64,000 bases of DNA from an uncultured Clostridia bacterium. GTDB lineage: Bacteria > Bacillota > Clostridia > Lachnospirales > Bianqueaceae. Below are positions 47,970 through 55,552 of the stretch, piece by piece (position 1 is the stretch's first letter; each line of letters opens with the position of its first letter). A program made the translations under genes and the position numbers. The DNA lies in assembly GCA_937892735.1 (NCBI GenBank), contig CALBGL010000066.1:226-64225 (forward strand), in the 5' to 3' direction. Below the pieces are notes generated by a model. It saw nothing but the letters and a program-made list of their open reading frames with translations. It ran no database searches and had not been told where the DNA came from.

Positions 47970-47985
47970 GTGATTTATGAAAAAA

Positions 47986-49017
47986 TTACCCTTTATAATG
48001 GCACTTAAAATCAGGGACTAGTTTCTTGATCACCGGCAACATACCGATTCCATCCGGCGTATGCGGCGGAAGCTGCCAAAAATCATGCGCGTTAAAAGTA
48101 TTACCTTCGATGATGACGGGCCCCTTCTCTGTCACAGCTACATCCCATCCAATATACCGTACCTGCGGCACTACCAGACTCGCCTCAAGACACATCTTAA
48201 CAGCTTCTTTTACATACGGTATCTGATATCCTACCAGCGGAACGTGTGTCTCTGGATGTTCGTAATAAATGATGCCCTTTGTGGTATCTCCGGAATGCGC
48301 AGGATACGCGATTTTCCCCGTTTCCGGATCTACTCTGGCAAATAGGCAGTTGTTGTCCACGATGCTTCCATTGAGCCCCATCTTCTGTACAATATAAACC
48401 ACATGCGGTTTTCCCCAATTATCCAGAATCGTGATAATCCGCATGCTGTTCACTGCATTGGCATATAGTTTCCGTAATGCCGGATGCTGGATGATCAGAT
48501 CTTCGATGGTACAGAATCCCTTTTCCTTAAAATAGCGGTACAAAGAGTCAAAATCCGGATAATCGGGTACATGAATCCGCTCACAGCCGATTCCGCATTC
48601 CTTATCCTTCAGTTTTCCAAAAAGCCATTCTCTGCTTTTCACAAACTCTTCCACCTCTGCCTTTGAAGCCTTCTCCAATTCGATAAAGCCCCGTCCCAAA
48701 TAATCATGGAATGTAGTATAAAATTCATCTTTATTCTCAAAAATAGAAGAATACTCCGGATCATTCAAAAACTCATTCAGCTTTTTACTGACCAACCGTG
48801 TTACATAGGTACTGCGCTGCTTCGGTGTCAGATTATAAAAAGCAAACACCTGATAATCATAATATCCCGCGCCGTATCGCAACGTACACTGTACCATATC
48901 CAGAAAGATAAAAAACTTATTTCTTCCTGTCTTCTCATGTACCGCGTTGATTGCGCTTTTCATCTTGTCAAAGCTGGCGTGAGCCAATACCCTGAAAATA
49001 TAATTGCGATCCGCCAT
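47986..49017 (-). CDS. ATP-grasp fold protein (sugar-transfer-associated / amino-acid-ligase-like ATP-grasp family)
   Basis: 343 aa from MADRNYIF, with a pattern recalled from ATPgrasp_ST-type proteins (...RYGAGYYDY..F.FY...R..Y...; C-terminal ...GWDVAVTEKGPVIIEGN...). The ATG lies 1 nt after the alr stop, with GAGGAGG inside the alr 3' end. Confidence 0.6.
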   Translation of the reverse strand: MADRNYIFRVLAHASFDKMKSAINAVHEKTGRNKFFIFLDMVQCTLRYGAGYYDYQVFAFYNLTPKQRSTYVTRLVSKKLNEFLNDPEYSSIFENKDEFYTTFHDYLGRGFIELEKASKAEVEEFVKSREWLFGKLKDKECGIGCERIHVPDYPDFDSLYRYFKEKGFCTIEDLIIQHPALRKLYANAVNSMRIITILDNWGKPHVVYIVQKMGLNGSIVDNNCLFARVDPETGKIAYPAHSGDTTKGIIYYEHPETHVPLVGYQIPYVKEAVKMCLEASLVVPQVRYIGWDVAVTEKGPVIIEGNTFNAHDFWQLPPHTPDGIGMLPVIKKLVPDFKCHYKG

Positions 49018-49018
49018 C

Positions 49019-50149
49019 TCATTTCCTCCTCGAATCTTTATAAAATCGTGGAACCCGCTTCGATATTCCACAAACAATCTCATCCACATTGGTATGCAAC
49101 ATATCTGCCATCCACTGTACACTCAGCCGATCTCCCAGCAGCGTCACAGTATCCCCCCGCTGCACATCCGGTATATCCGTTACATCGACCATACACTGAT
49201 CCATACAAATCCGCCCGATAATGGGCGCCTCCATACCATGGATCAGGACTTTTCCCTGGTTCGACAGCTCTCTCCGCAAGCCATCGGCAAATCCCACGGG
49301 CAAAGTTGCGATACGCGTCGTCCTCGGCGCCACAAAACTCCCTCCATAACCAACCTCTGCCCCCTTTAGGACTTCTTTCACCATGACCACATACGTATAC
49401 CAACTCAGGATTTGCCGTAGCCCCTGCGCCGGCCAGTCTATCTCATCGGAGGGAGACAATCCATATAGGATATCCCCTGCGCGCACCGCATCCATCTGCA
49501 CATCCTCCATCATCAATATCGCTGGACTATTCGCTACATGGAGCATTGGCAAGGGAACTTCCAATGCTTTTATCTGCTGTACAAACCGTTGAAACAGATC
49601 ATATTGTTTTCTCGCGCTCTGATGATCCGCCTCGTCCGCCCTGGCAAAATGCGTAAAAATCCCCTGTACATCCAGCCCGTCCATCCGCATAATGCGTCCA
49701 ATATCCTGCAAAGATGCTTCCGACGGTGAAAAACCGATGCGATTCATCCCCGTATCAATCTTAATCTGTACGCGCTGACGAATCCCCTTTTTTCTGGCTT
49801 CTGCCGCCATAAATTCTGCCATCTCACAGGAAAATACAGTCAGATCCAGTCGATATGGCATTGCTTCACGCACACACTCTTCTCGAATATCTCCTAAAAC
49901 CATAATCGGCTCTTGAACGCCAGCCTTGCGAAGTTCCATTCCCTCTTCCCAAATGGCTACCGCATATGCGTCCACTCCCGCGCGCTTGAATGCCGGATAG
50001 AGTCCAACAGCACCGTGACCGTAAGCATCCGCTTTTACCACCGCGATCAGCTTTACATCAGGATGCAGCCGACGTCGGATATTCTCCACATTCTGTCCCA
50101 GCCTGTCTAAATCTATAACCACGGCCGTCCTCCCCGACCAGCTTTCCAT
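49019..50149 (-). CDS. alr: alanine racemase
   Basis: PLP lysine motif AVVKADAYGHG and the C-terminal ...GYGG...R.A.LP.GFADG...G..CMD motifs. Start at MESWSG, preceded by GAAGGGGG. Confidence 0.9.
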   Translation of the reverse strand: MESWSGRTAVVIDLDRLGQNVENIRRRLHPDVKLIAVVKADAYGHGAVGLYPAFKRAGVDAYAVAIWEEGMELRKAGVQEPIMVLGDIREECVREAMPYRLDLTVFSCEMAEFMAAEARKKGIRQRVQIKIDTGMNRIGFSPSEASLQDIGRIMRMDGLDVQGIFTHFARADEADHQSARKQYDLFQRFVQQIKALEVPLPMLHVANSPAILMMEDVQMDAVRAGDILYGLSPSDEIDWPAQGLRQILSWYTYVVMVKEVLKGAEVGYGGSFVAPRTTRIATLPVGFADGLRRELSNQGKVLIHGMEAPIIGRICMDQCMVDVTDIPDVQRGDTVTLLGDRLSVQWMADMLHTNVDEIVCGISKRVPRFYKDSRRK

Positions 50150-50256
50150 GCCGACGCCCCCTTCATACATACTTCAGTGTTTCATTCTAACACATCCATC
50201 GATATTTTACAATCCTAAAATCCGACGTATTCTTGCGATCTTGACGGATGTGATCA

Positions 50257-50295
50257 TAAAAAGAGGCGATTATCCGTAGCTATGGACTATCGCCT
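50257..50295 (-). terminator. intrinsic terminator after the MazG-like gene
   Basis: Reverse strand shows GAGGCGAT-loop-ATCGCCTC followed by TTTTT. Confidence 0.7.
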
Positions 50296-50315
50296 CATGA
50301 TCTCACTCGGTTCAT

Positions 50316-50693
50316 TCAATTTGAAATAACAGGATCTTCTTGTAATAATTCTTCATATTCTTTGGCTTCTTCCTGCGCTAGAACGCGTTCCAGAAAGACG
50401 CGGTCATGAAACAGGCCATTGGTTCTTGCCTTCATCTGCCGAAGTTTTTCCAGTTCTTCCATGTTGAGTCCTCTCGCCAGTAAAATCGCATTGATCACTT
50501 CCACGACATCCGCCAACTCTTCCATACTTCGACTTGCCATGTACTCTCTCATTTCTTCCTTCAGTTTCTCATGTAGCGCATACAAATATTCATCATCATC
50601 CAGATGCCGTATTAACGGTGTATATCCATCTCGCTTCATAATTTCCGGGACACGATCCCTGACCAATTTGTTGTAAATCCGTTCTTTTTTCAT
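50316..50693 (-). CDS. MazG/PRA-PH-like nucleoside triphosphate pyrophosphohydrolase
   Basis: 125 aa with YNKLVRDRVPEI...L..KL.EE..EY......EELADV.EV motifs of the all-alpha NTP pyrophosphatase superfamily. Confidence 0.7.
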   Translation of the reverse strand: MKKERIYNKLVRDRVPEIMKRDGYTPLIRHLDDDEYLYALHEKLKEEMREYMASRSMEELADVVEVINAILLARGLNMEELEKLRQMKARTNGLFHDRVFLERVLAQEEAKEYEELLQEDPVISN

Positions 50694-50705
50694 TGTCTGC
50701 CCCCC

Positions 50706-51293
50706 CTATTCGGCTGATTTTCGGAATATAATTTCTCCTGTTTGTTCATCCATAGTATCTACGATAGCTAACGATTCTACCCGAATTCCCCGTTTTCTAA
50801 GAAGATCGCCCCCCGGCTGAAACCCCTTTTCAATTCCGATGCCAATCCCCTCTACCGTTCCTTCGGCTTCTTCCACCAACTGGATAAGCCCTGCGACAGC
50901 ACATCCATTGGCTAAAAAATCGTCTATAATCAAAACATGATCTTCTGGTAATAAGAATTTCCGAGAAACCAAAATAGGATACATTCTGCCATGTGTAAAA
51001 GACTTTACTTCTGCAGTATATACTTCCTCATCTAAGTTCATACTCTTACTTTTTTTAGCAAATACCACCGGAACATGAAAATATTGTGCTGTAATACATG
51101 CTAATCCAATCCCTGAAGCTTCAATCGTCAAAATCTTATTGACCGGCCGATCCGAAAATCTTCGCGAAAACTCCTGCCCCATCGCATTAAAAAGATCTAT
51201 ATCCATTTGGTGATTCAGAAAACTATCTACTCGTAGTACATTTCCGTTACGAACCACACCTTCTTTACGAATGCGTTCTTCCAATTGTTTCAT
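50706..51293 (-). CDS. xpt: xanthine phosphoribosyltransferase
   Basis: MKQLEERIRKEG.V..GNVLRVDSFLNHQ.D...ILTIEASGI...VFAKK...IIDDFLANG motifs. Start at the ATG preceded by AAGGAG. Confidence 0.9.
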   Translation of the reverse strand: MKQLEERIRKEGVVRNGNVLRVDSFLNHQMDIDLFNAMGQEFSRRFSDRPVNKILTIEASGIGLACITAQYFHVPVVFAKKSKSMNLDEEVYTAEVKSFTHGRMYPILVSRKFLLPEDHVLIIDDFLANGCAVAGLIQLVEEAEGTVEGIGIGIEKGFQPGGDLLRKRGIRVESLAIVDTMDEQTGEIIFRKSAE

Positions 51294-51317
51294 GCAACTT
51301 CTCCTTTGTACGCTCTT

Positions 51318-51611
51318 GAAACAAACGTCCTTGACGGCCATCTCAGGACATGGCTCAGTCCCTACCGTATAGAGATCTATCATGCCACGCCTATTTTACC
51401 ATAAGGGCAAATGGCTTTCGGAGATGCACGCCCTTTGGCAGGCATCTCAAGGCGTAATCCATCATTACGGTGTAGAAAACTTCCAAGCCACGCCTATTAT
51501 ACCACAACAAGACTTCCGTCGGAGTTTGACGCCCTTTGGCGGCAAACTCTGGGCGTGGCTCAGCCACCTATAACTATAGGAATCTATCAAGCCACGCCTA
51601 TTATACCACAT
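51318..51611 (-). repeat. three tandem ~104-nt repeats in the xpt leader, each with a TGGTATAAT-like box and a conserved hairpin
   Basis: GCCACGCCTATT(A/T)TACCA recurs at 51384, 51487 and 51591 on the plus strand. Hairpins sit at 51522-51549, 51421-51448 and 51318-51344, and their stems differ by compensatory changes. Confidence 0.85.
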
Positions 51612-51629
51612 GTTTCCTTTTTTTGTAAA
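51600..51629 (-). promoter_or_regulatory. sigma-A type promoter (extended -10) for xpt
   Basis: Reverse strand reads TTTACA, 18 nt, TGGTATAAT. It lies inside the most upstream repeat unit. Confidence 0.6.
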
Positions 51630-51657
51630 CCCTTATTTCAGCAATTGTCGTATTAAT

Positions 51658-52335
51658 TTACAAGTATAATTCCGTACAAAGCAAACGATACGGCATTTCA
51701 TCTTCTTCGATCTGGGGGAAGCGCCCAATTTTTTCATAAAAGCGATTATCATTCTCATCGTCATTACACATGGATACTTCTCCCAACAGTACATCCCCAC
51801 TTCCCCGTTCTACATGAAAGTCATGATACAGATAGGGTGGCACTGTCAGACTCTCCCCTGGCGTGAGTCGGATCTGTGTACCTGCCCGTACGCATCTTTG
51901 AGCTCCATCCGTATGAATCACCGCCGGTGTATCCGCTAATTCCCCCTCAGAAGTAGAATTATAGACGGTAATCAGAACATTGCCACCCCCTCGATTTATG
52001 ATATCTTCCATCTTATTCCAATGGAAATGCATAGGAGCCGTCTGTCCTTCTTTGAGCATAAGCAATTTCTCCGCGTATGGCTTTGGATATTGATCAACCA
52101 TTTTCACGTTTCCATTCCGGAGCGTAATCAGCGCAAACCCCACCTCATCAAAACGTCCCAAGCCATAGTCCGTGATATCCCAGCCGAGATGATTATCTCG
52201 AATCTCTTGGCATTCCTCGCCCTTCTCTTTCCATTCCTGCGGAGTCCATTTGCAGAACGGCGGGATCTGCACTCCACATTTTCGGATCAAAGTTTCCATT
52301 TCTCGAATCGCCTGATTGATTCTGGATCGTTTCAT
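51658..52335 (-). CDS. D-lyxose/D-mannose ketol-isomerase-like cupin
   Basis: ...GWDITDYGLG.F...G..L.T.RNG.......Y..KLL...EGQ..P.HFH..K.EDIINRGGG... pattern. Start at MKRSRIN, preceded by GGGGGAAGG. Confidence 0.75.
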   Translation of the reverse strand: MKRSRINQAIREMETLIRKCGVQIPPFCKWTPQEWKEKGEECQEIRDNHLGWDITDYGLGRFDEVGFALITLRNGNVKMVDQYPKPYAEKLLMLKEGQTAPMHFHWNKMEDIINRGGGNVLITVYNSTSEGELADTPAVIHTDGAQRCVRAGTQIRLTPGESLTVPPYLYHDFHVERGSGDVLLGEVSMCNDDENDNRFYEKIGRFPQIEEDEMPYRLLCTELYL

Positions 52336-52403
52336 TTTCCTTCCCCCATTTTTATAAAAATAATACGGCAACAGTCGCCTGCCACCGCATACATATCCCC
52401 TCA

Positions 52404-53375
52404 TTATTCCTTCTCTGACGTATCCTTCGAAGAAACATCCTCCTGCGCGCTGCCCTCATCTTTTTCCTTTCTCTCTGGAAGTTTTTCCGTTCCCTCATCC
52501 GCACGCACAATCTTATAGTCATCTTCTTCTACCACGTCGTGACCGCTTTCATCCACTTTGACATAACGATACTCCCCTTCCGCGTCGTACTTGGTCTGGT
52601 TCATATATCTATCAATAATCGCCTGCCGCTCCGCATCCAGACTGAAGCCCTCCAGCTCCTCTTCCTCCAGTTCCTCGTCCTCCGAAGGCATATAGTTCTT
52701 GAACACCCTTTCCAAAAGCGCCGCTGCAATATACATATATAGTCCTGGAATCACAAACAAGAGCCCCATATTGATCATCAGACAGACATATACCGAACCC
52801 ACAAAAAGCACCGTCAAAACAATCGTTGTCAGCAGATGTTTATTCGCCATCAGAAAACCATACTTGAAAAAGTCCTTCGTTTTCATTTCGAACCGAGCAA
52901 TCAACGCAGGCACATACAGACTGATAAAGATAAACTCAATACCTACCAGCCCTTCTAATGGTAAAATAATATACGTTCCAGAACCAAAACTGGACTGGTT
53001 ATTGATAATCAACCAGATATTATACAGGATTACGCAGACAAGAATGGTAATAAAAAGACTCAATAGCATGCACTGCTTATAGTTAGTTTTATACGCATGC
53101 CAGAAATCCCTCATCGTATAGGTATCGGTTCCCCGTTGTTTTTTTCCCATAGTATAAACGACCGCGCATGTGGCCGGCGCCCAATGCAAGAGACATATAA
53201 AAATCAAAAGAAGACCTACGATAGGAGGCACCATTCCCAAAATACCGGTTGAAAGTAAAATCATGACTGGCAGGATCCCACCCATCAATGCCCATACCGC
53301 ACTTAAGATGATCATATCAAAAAGTAACGTCCCATATTTGACAAATGGACCATCCATACTGAAAAATCCAGCCAT
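52404..53375 (-). CDS. YesL-like (DUF624) membrane protein with an acidic C-terminal tail
   Basis: N-terminal MDGPFVKYGTLLFDMIILSAVW... pattern, six TM segments and a ~95-aa E/D-rich tail. Start at the ATG preceded by GGAGG. Confidence 0.6.
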   Translation of the reverse strand: MAGFFSMDGPFVKYGTLLFDMIILSAVWALMGGILPVMILLSTGILGMVPPIVGLLLIFICLLHWAPATCAVVYTMGKKQRGTDTYTMRDFWHAYKTNYKQCMLLSLFITILVCVILYNIWLIINNQSSFGSGTYIILPLEGLVGIEFIFISLYVPALIARFEMKTKDFFKYGFLMANKHLLTTIVLTVLFVGSVYVCLMINMGLLFVIPGLYMYIAAALLERVFKNYMPSEDEELEEEELEGFSLDAERQAIIDRYMNQTKYDAEGEYRYVKVDESGHDVVEEDDYKIVRADEGTEKLPERKEKDEGSAQEDVSSKDTSEKE

Positions 53376-53481
53376 ACTATCTATTCCTCCAAAATCAAAT
53401 TCCAACGCTTCAGATTAATGCCTCAAAACGAATCTGCAACGCCATCTTAACAATTTTTAAGTCTCTTTTAAGACTACACTT

Positions 53482-53510
53482 ATTATACCGTATTTCCTAT
53501 TTTGAAACAA
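53482..53510 (-). promoter_or_regulatory. candidate promoter for the yesL-like gene
   Basis: Reverse strand reads TTGTTT, 17 nt, TATAAT. Confidence 0.5.
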
Positions 53511-53634
53511 CCGTCGTTTGTATCCATTTTGTGAACACTTTGTAAATCTCCATTCTTTTACATATTTTCCTATAATATCACATATTCATACCAAACCAAA
53601 ACGCGAAAATAGGAAACTTTTTCCATAGTCCCCT

Positions 53635-53805
53635 CATATCATCATTTCAGAGCGTTTCAGGCCGTCAAAACCGCAAAATCCAGCTTTTCGATGATACTAC
53701 ACATCGCGGAGTATCATCACTTTGGAGCGTTTCAGGCCGCCAAAACCGCAAAATCCAGTTTTTCGATGATACTACGCCTCGCGAGGTATCGTGTTCGCCG
53801 ATACA
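53635..53805. repeat. two tandem 75-bp imperfect palindromic repeats plus a short flanking hairpin
   Basis: 53637-53711 and 53712-53786 are about 85-90% identical by eye. Each unit is bounded by TATCATCA ... TCGATGATAC inverted arms, and GTATCG-7 nt-CGATAC follows at 53787-53804. Confidence 0.8.
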
Positions 53806-53820
53806 AAACACCCTGTCATA

Positions 53821-53871
53821 AAAAACCCCCCTTAAGTAGATTTTGGTTATCTGCCTTGTCTACTTAAGGGG
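53821..53871 (-). terminator. intrinsic terminator after gltX
   Basis: Reverse strand shows CCCCTTAAGTAGA-loop-TCTACTTAAGGGGGG followed by TTTTT. Confidence 0.8.
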
Positions 53872-53885
53872 AATCATATCATTCC

Positions 53886-55538
53886 TTAGAAATGCTCTGC
53901 CGCCTGTTCCAAACGGCGCAGCACACGTTCTTTTCCTAATAAGCCGCATACCTGCGCCAGATCTGGTGACTGTGCCCGTCCTGTGATCGCTACTCGAAGT
54001 ACCATGGAAAGATCCGCCACACTGCCCGCGTAGTCCTCCGGATTCTTTTTATAGTTCTTCATATCGCTGCACAGACGATACTTCGGACACATCTCCTTCA
54101 GCTTATCAAACCAGGCCGATCCATCATCGGCTGGATCATACACAGACTGATAATCTTCCAGGATCTGACGCAACGTATTCGTTTCCAGCGATGGCATCTG
54201 AGTATAGTCTGGCGCAAACAGCTCATCGAAGAAGAACGACATATATGGCTTCACATCCTGCCACAAGCCAATATCCTTACGAGGTTTCTTCCCGCCTCTT
54301 CCGATGCTGAGAACGGCCTGGGAATACGCGGGATCCCGAGTGAACAGCGCCGCAAACTCCGGATCGTTTTCTTCCGCCCAGGAGGCCACTTCCTCATACA
54401 CGTCAGCCGCGCTCATACGGGAAATGACATTCTTGCTGACATCCATAAGCTTATCCATATCGAACAGAGCGCCTGAACTTCCCATCTTCTTCGTATTGAA
54501 CGGGAACTTCTGCATGGGCTCTTCCGGATTCGCCATGCGCCACTCCTCATAATTGGAATTCAGCATGGTCATCAGATATTCCAATACCGAACTGTTGGGA
54601 AATCCAATCTGTCTGTAAAAAGAAAGCGCTAATTCCGGATCCTTACGCTTCGAAAGCTTTCTCTTCGCTCCGGTTTCCGGATCGATCTTCATGAGCTGCG
54701 CCGTATGCAGATATTTAGGTGGTTTCCATCCCATGGCCTGAAACAGCTGTAAATGCATGGGAAGTGACGGCAGCCACTCCTCCCCACGGACCACATGTGT
54801 CGTTTCCATCAGATGATCGTCAATCACATGAGCAAAATGATATGTGGGAATTCCATCGGATTTCAGAAGCACTAGATCCTGATCATTTTCTGTCAGTTCC
54901 AATTTTCCTTTTACTAGATCCGTATGGAAGATCTTATGCTCGATACTGCCCGGAGAACGGAAACGGATCACATAAGGAATCCCCGCCTGGATCTTCTGCT
55001 TGATCTTCTCCAAGGTCAGATTCCGACACTTAGCATACTTCCCATAGTATCCGAAATTCTCCTTATTGGCTTCCTGCTTTGCACGCATTTCACTCAGCTC
55101 TTCTTCCGTACAGAAACAGGGATACGCCAATCCTCTCTCCACCAGGGATTTTACAAAAACGTGATAAATCTCCTTGCGATGACTCTGATAGTACGGTCCA
55201 TAGTCTCCTGTTTCTCCATCCAGCGTCGCCCCCTCATCGGGCACCAGTCCAAAATTGCGAAATGCCTGGATAATCAGTTCCACACCATTCTCCACAGAAC
55301 GCTTCTGATCAGTATCCTCGATGCGCAGATAGAATACGCCGCCGGACTGATGTGCTAAACGCTCATCCACCAGGGCGCCATATAAGTTTCCCAAATGCAT
55401 GAAACCCGTCGGACTCGGTGCGATTCGTGTGACCTTGGCTCCTTCCGGCAGTTCCCGCTTAGGATATCTTGCCTCCACATCCTGCGGCATTTCCTTCACA
55501 TCTGGAAACAAATATTCCGCCAGTGCCTTTGTATCCAT
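53886..55538 (-). CDS. gltX: glutamate--tRNA ligase (long ~550-aa form)
   Basis: Class I motifs APSPTGFMHLGN (HIGH-like), RIEDTDQKR and KLSKRK (KMSKS-like). Start at the ATG preceded by GGGGAGG. Confidence 0.85.
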   Translation of the reverse strand: MDTKALAEYLFPDVKEMPQDVEARYPKRELPEGAKVTRIAPSPTGFMHLGNLYGALVDERLAHQSGGVFYLRIEDTDQKRSVENGVELIIQAFRNFGLVPDEGATLDGETGDYGPYYQSHRKEIYHVFVKSLVERGLAYPCFCTEEELSEMRAKQEANKENFGYYGKYAKCRNLTLEKIKQKIQAGIPYVIRFRSPGSIEHKIFHTDLVKGKLELTENDQDLVLLKSDGIPTYHFAHVIDDHLMETTHVVRGEEWLPSLPMHLQLFQAMGWKPPKYLHTAQLMKIDPETGAKRKLSKRKDPELALSFYRQIGFPNSSVLEYLMTMLNSNYEEWRMANPEEPMQKFPFNTKKMGSSGALFDMDKLMDVSKNVISRMSAADVYEEVASWAEENDPEFAALFTRDPAYSQAVLSIGRGGKKPRKDIGLWQDVKPYMSFFFDELFAPDYTQMPSLETNTLRQILEDYQSVYDPADDGSAWFDKLKEMCPKYRLCSDMKNYKKNPEDYAGSVADLSMVLRVAITGRAQSPDLAQVCGLLGKERVLRRLEQAAEHF

Positions 55539-55552
55539 TCTGATTCCTCCCC

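Noticed and set aside
51294-51657. A canonical purine (guanine/xanthine) riboswitch upstream of xpt.
   Set aside because: The UAUAAU box looked superficially like the P1/J1-2 start. However, there is no P1 partner, no P2/P3 with the conserved loop-loop sequences, and no U-rich J2/3. The region is instead a 3x tandem repeat, reported as a finding.
53650-53760. Shared 9-mers (GGCCGTCAA, GCCGCCAAA) between the 53.6-kb palindromic repeats and the xpt-leader hairpins, suggesting one repeat family.
   Set aside because: The matches are only 9 nt, lie on opposite strands, and fall in a loop in one element but in a stem in the other. That is too weak to claim homology.
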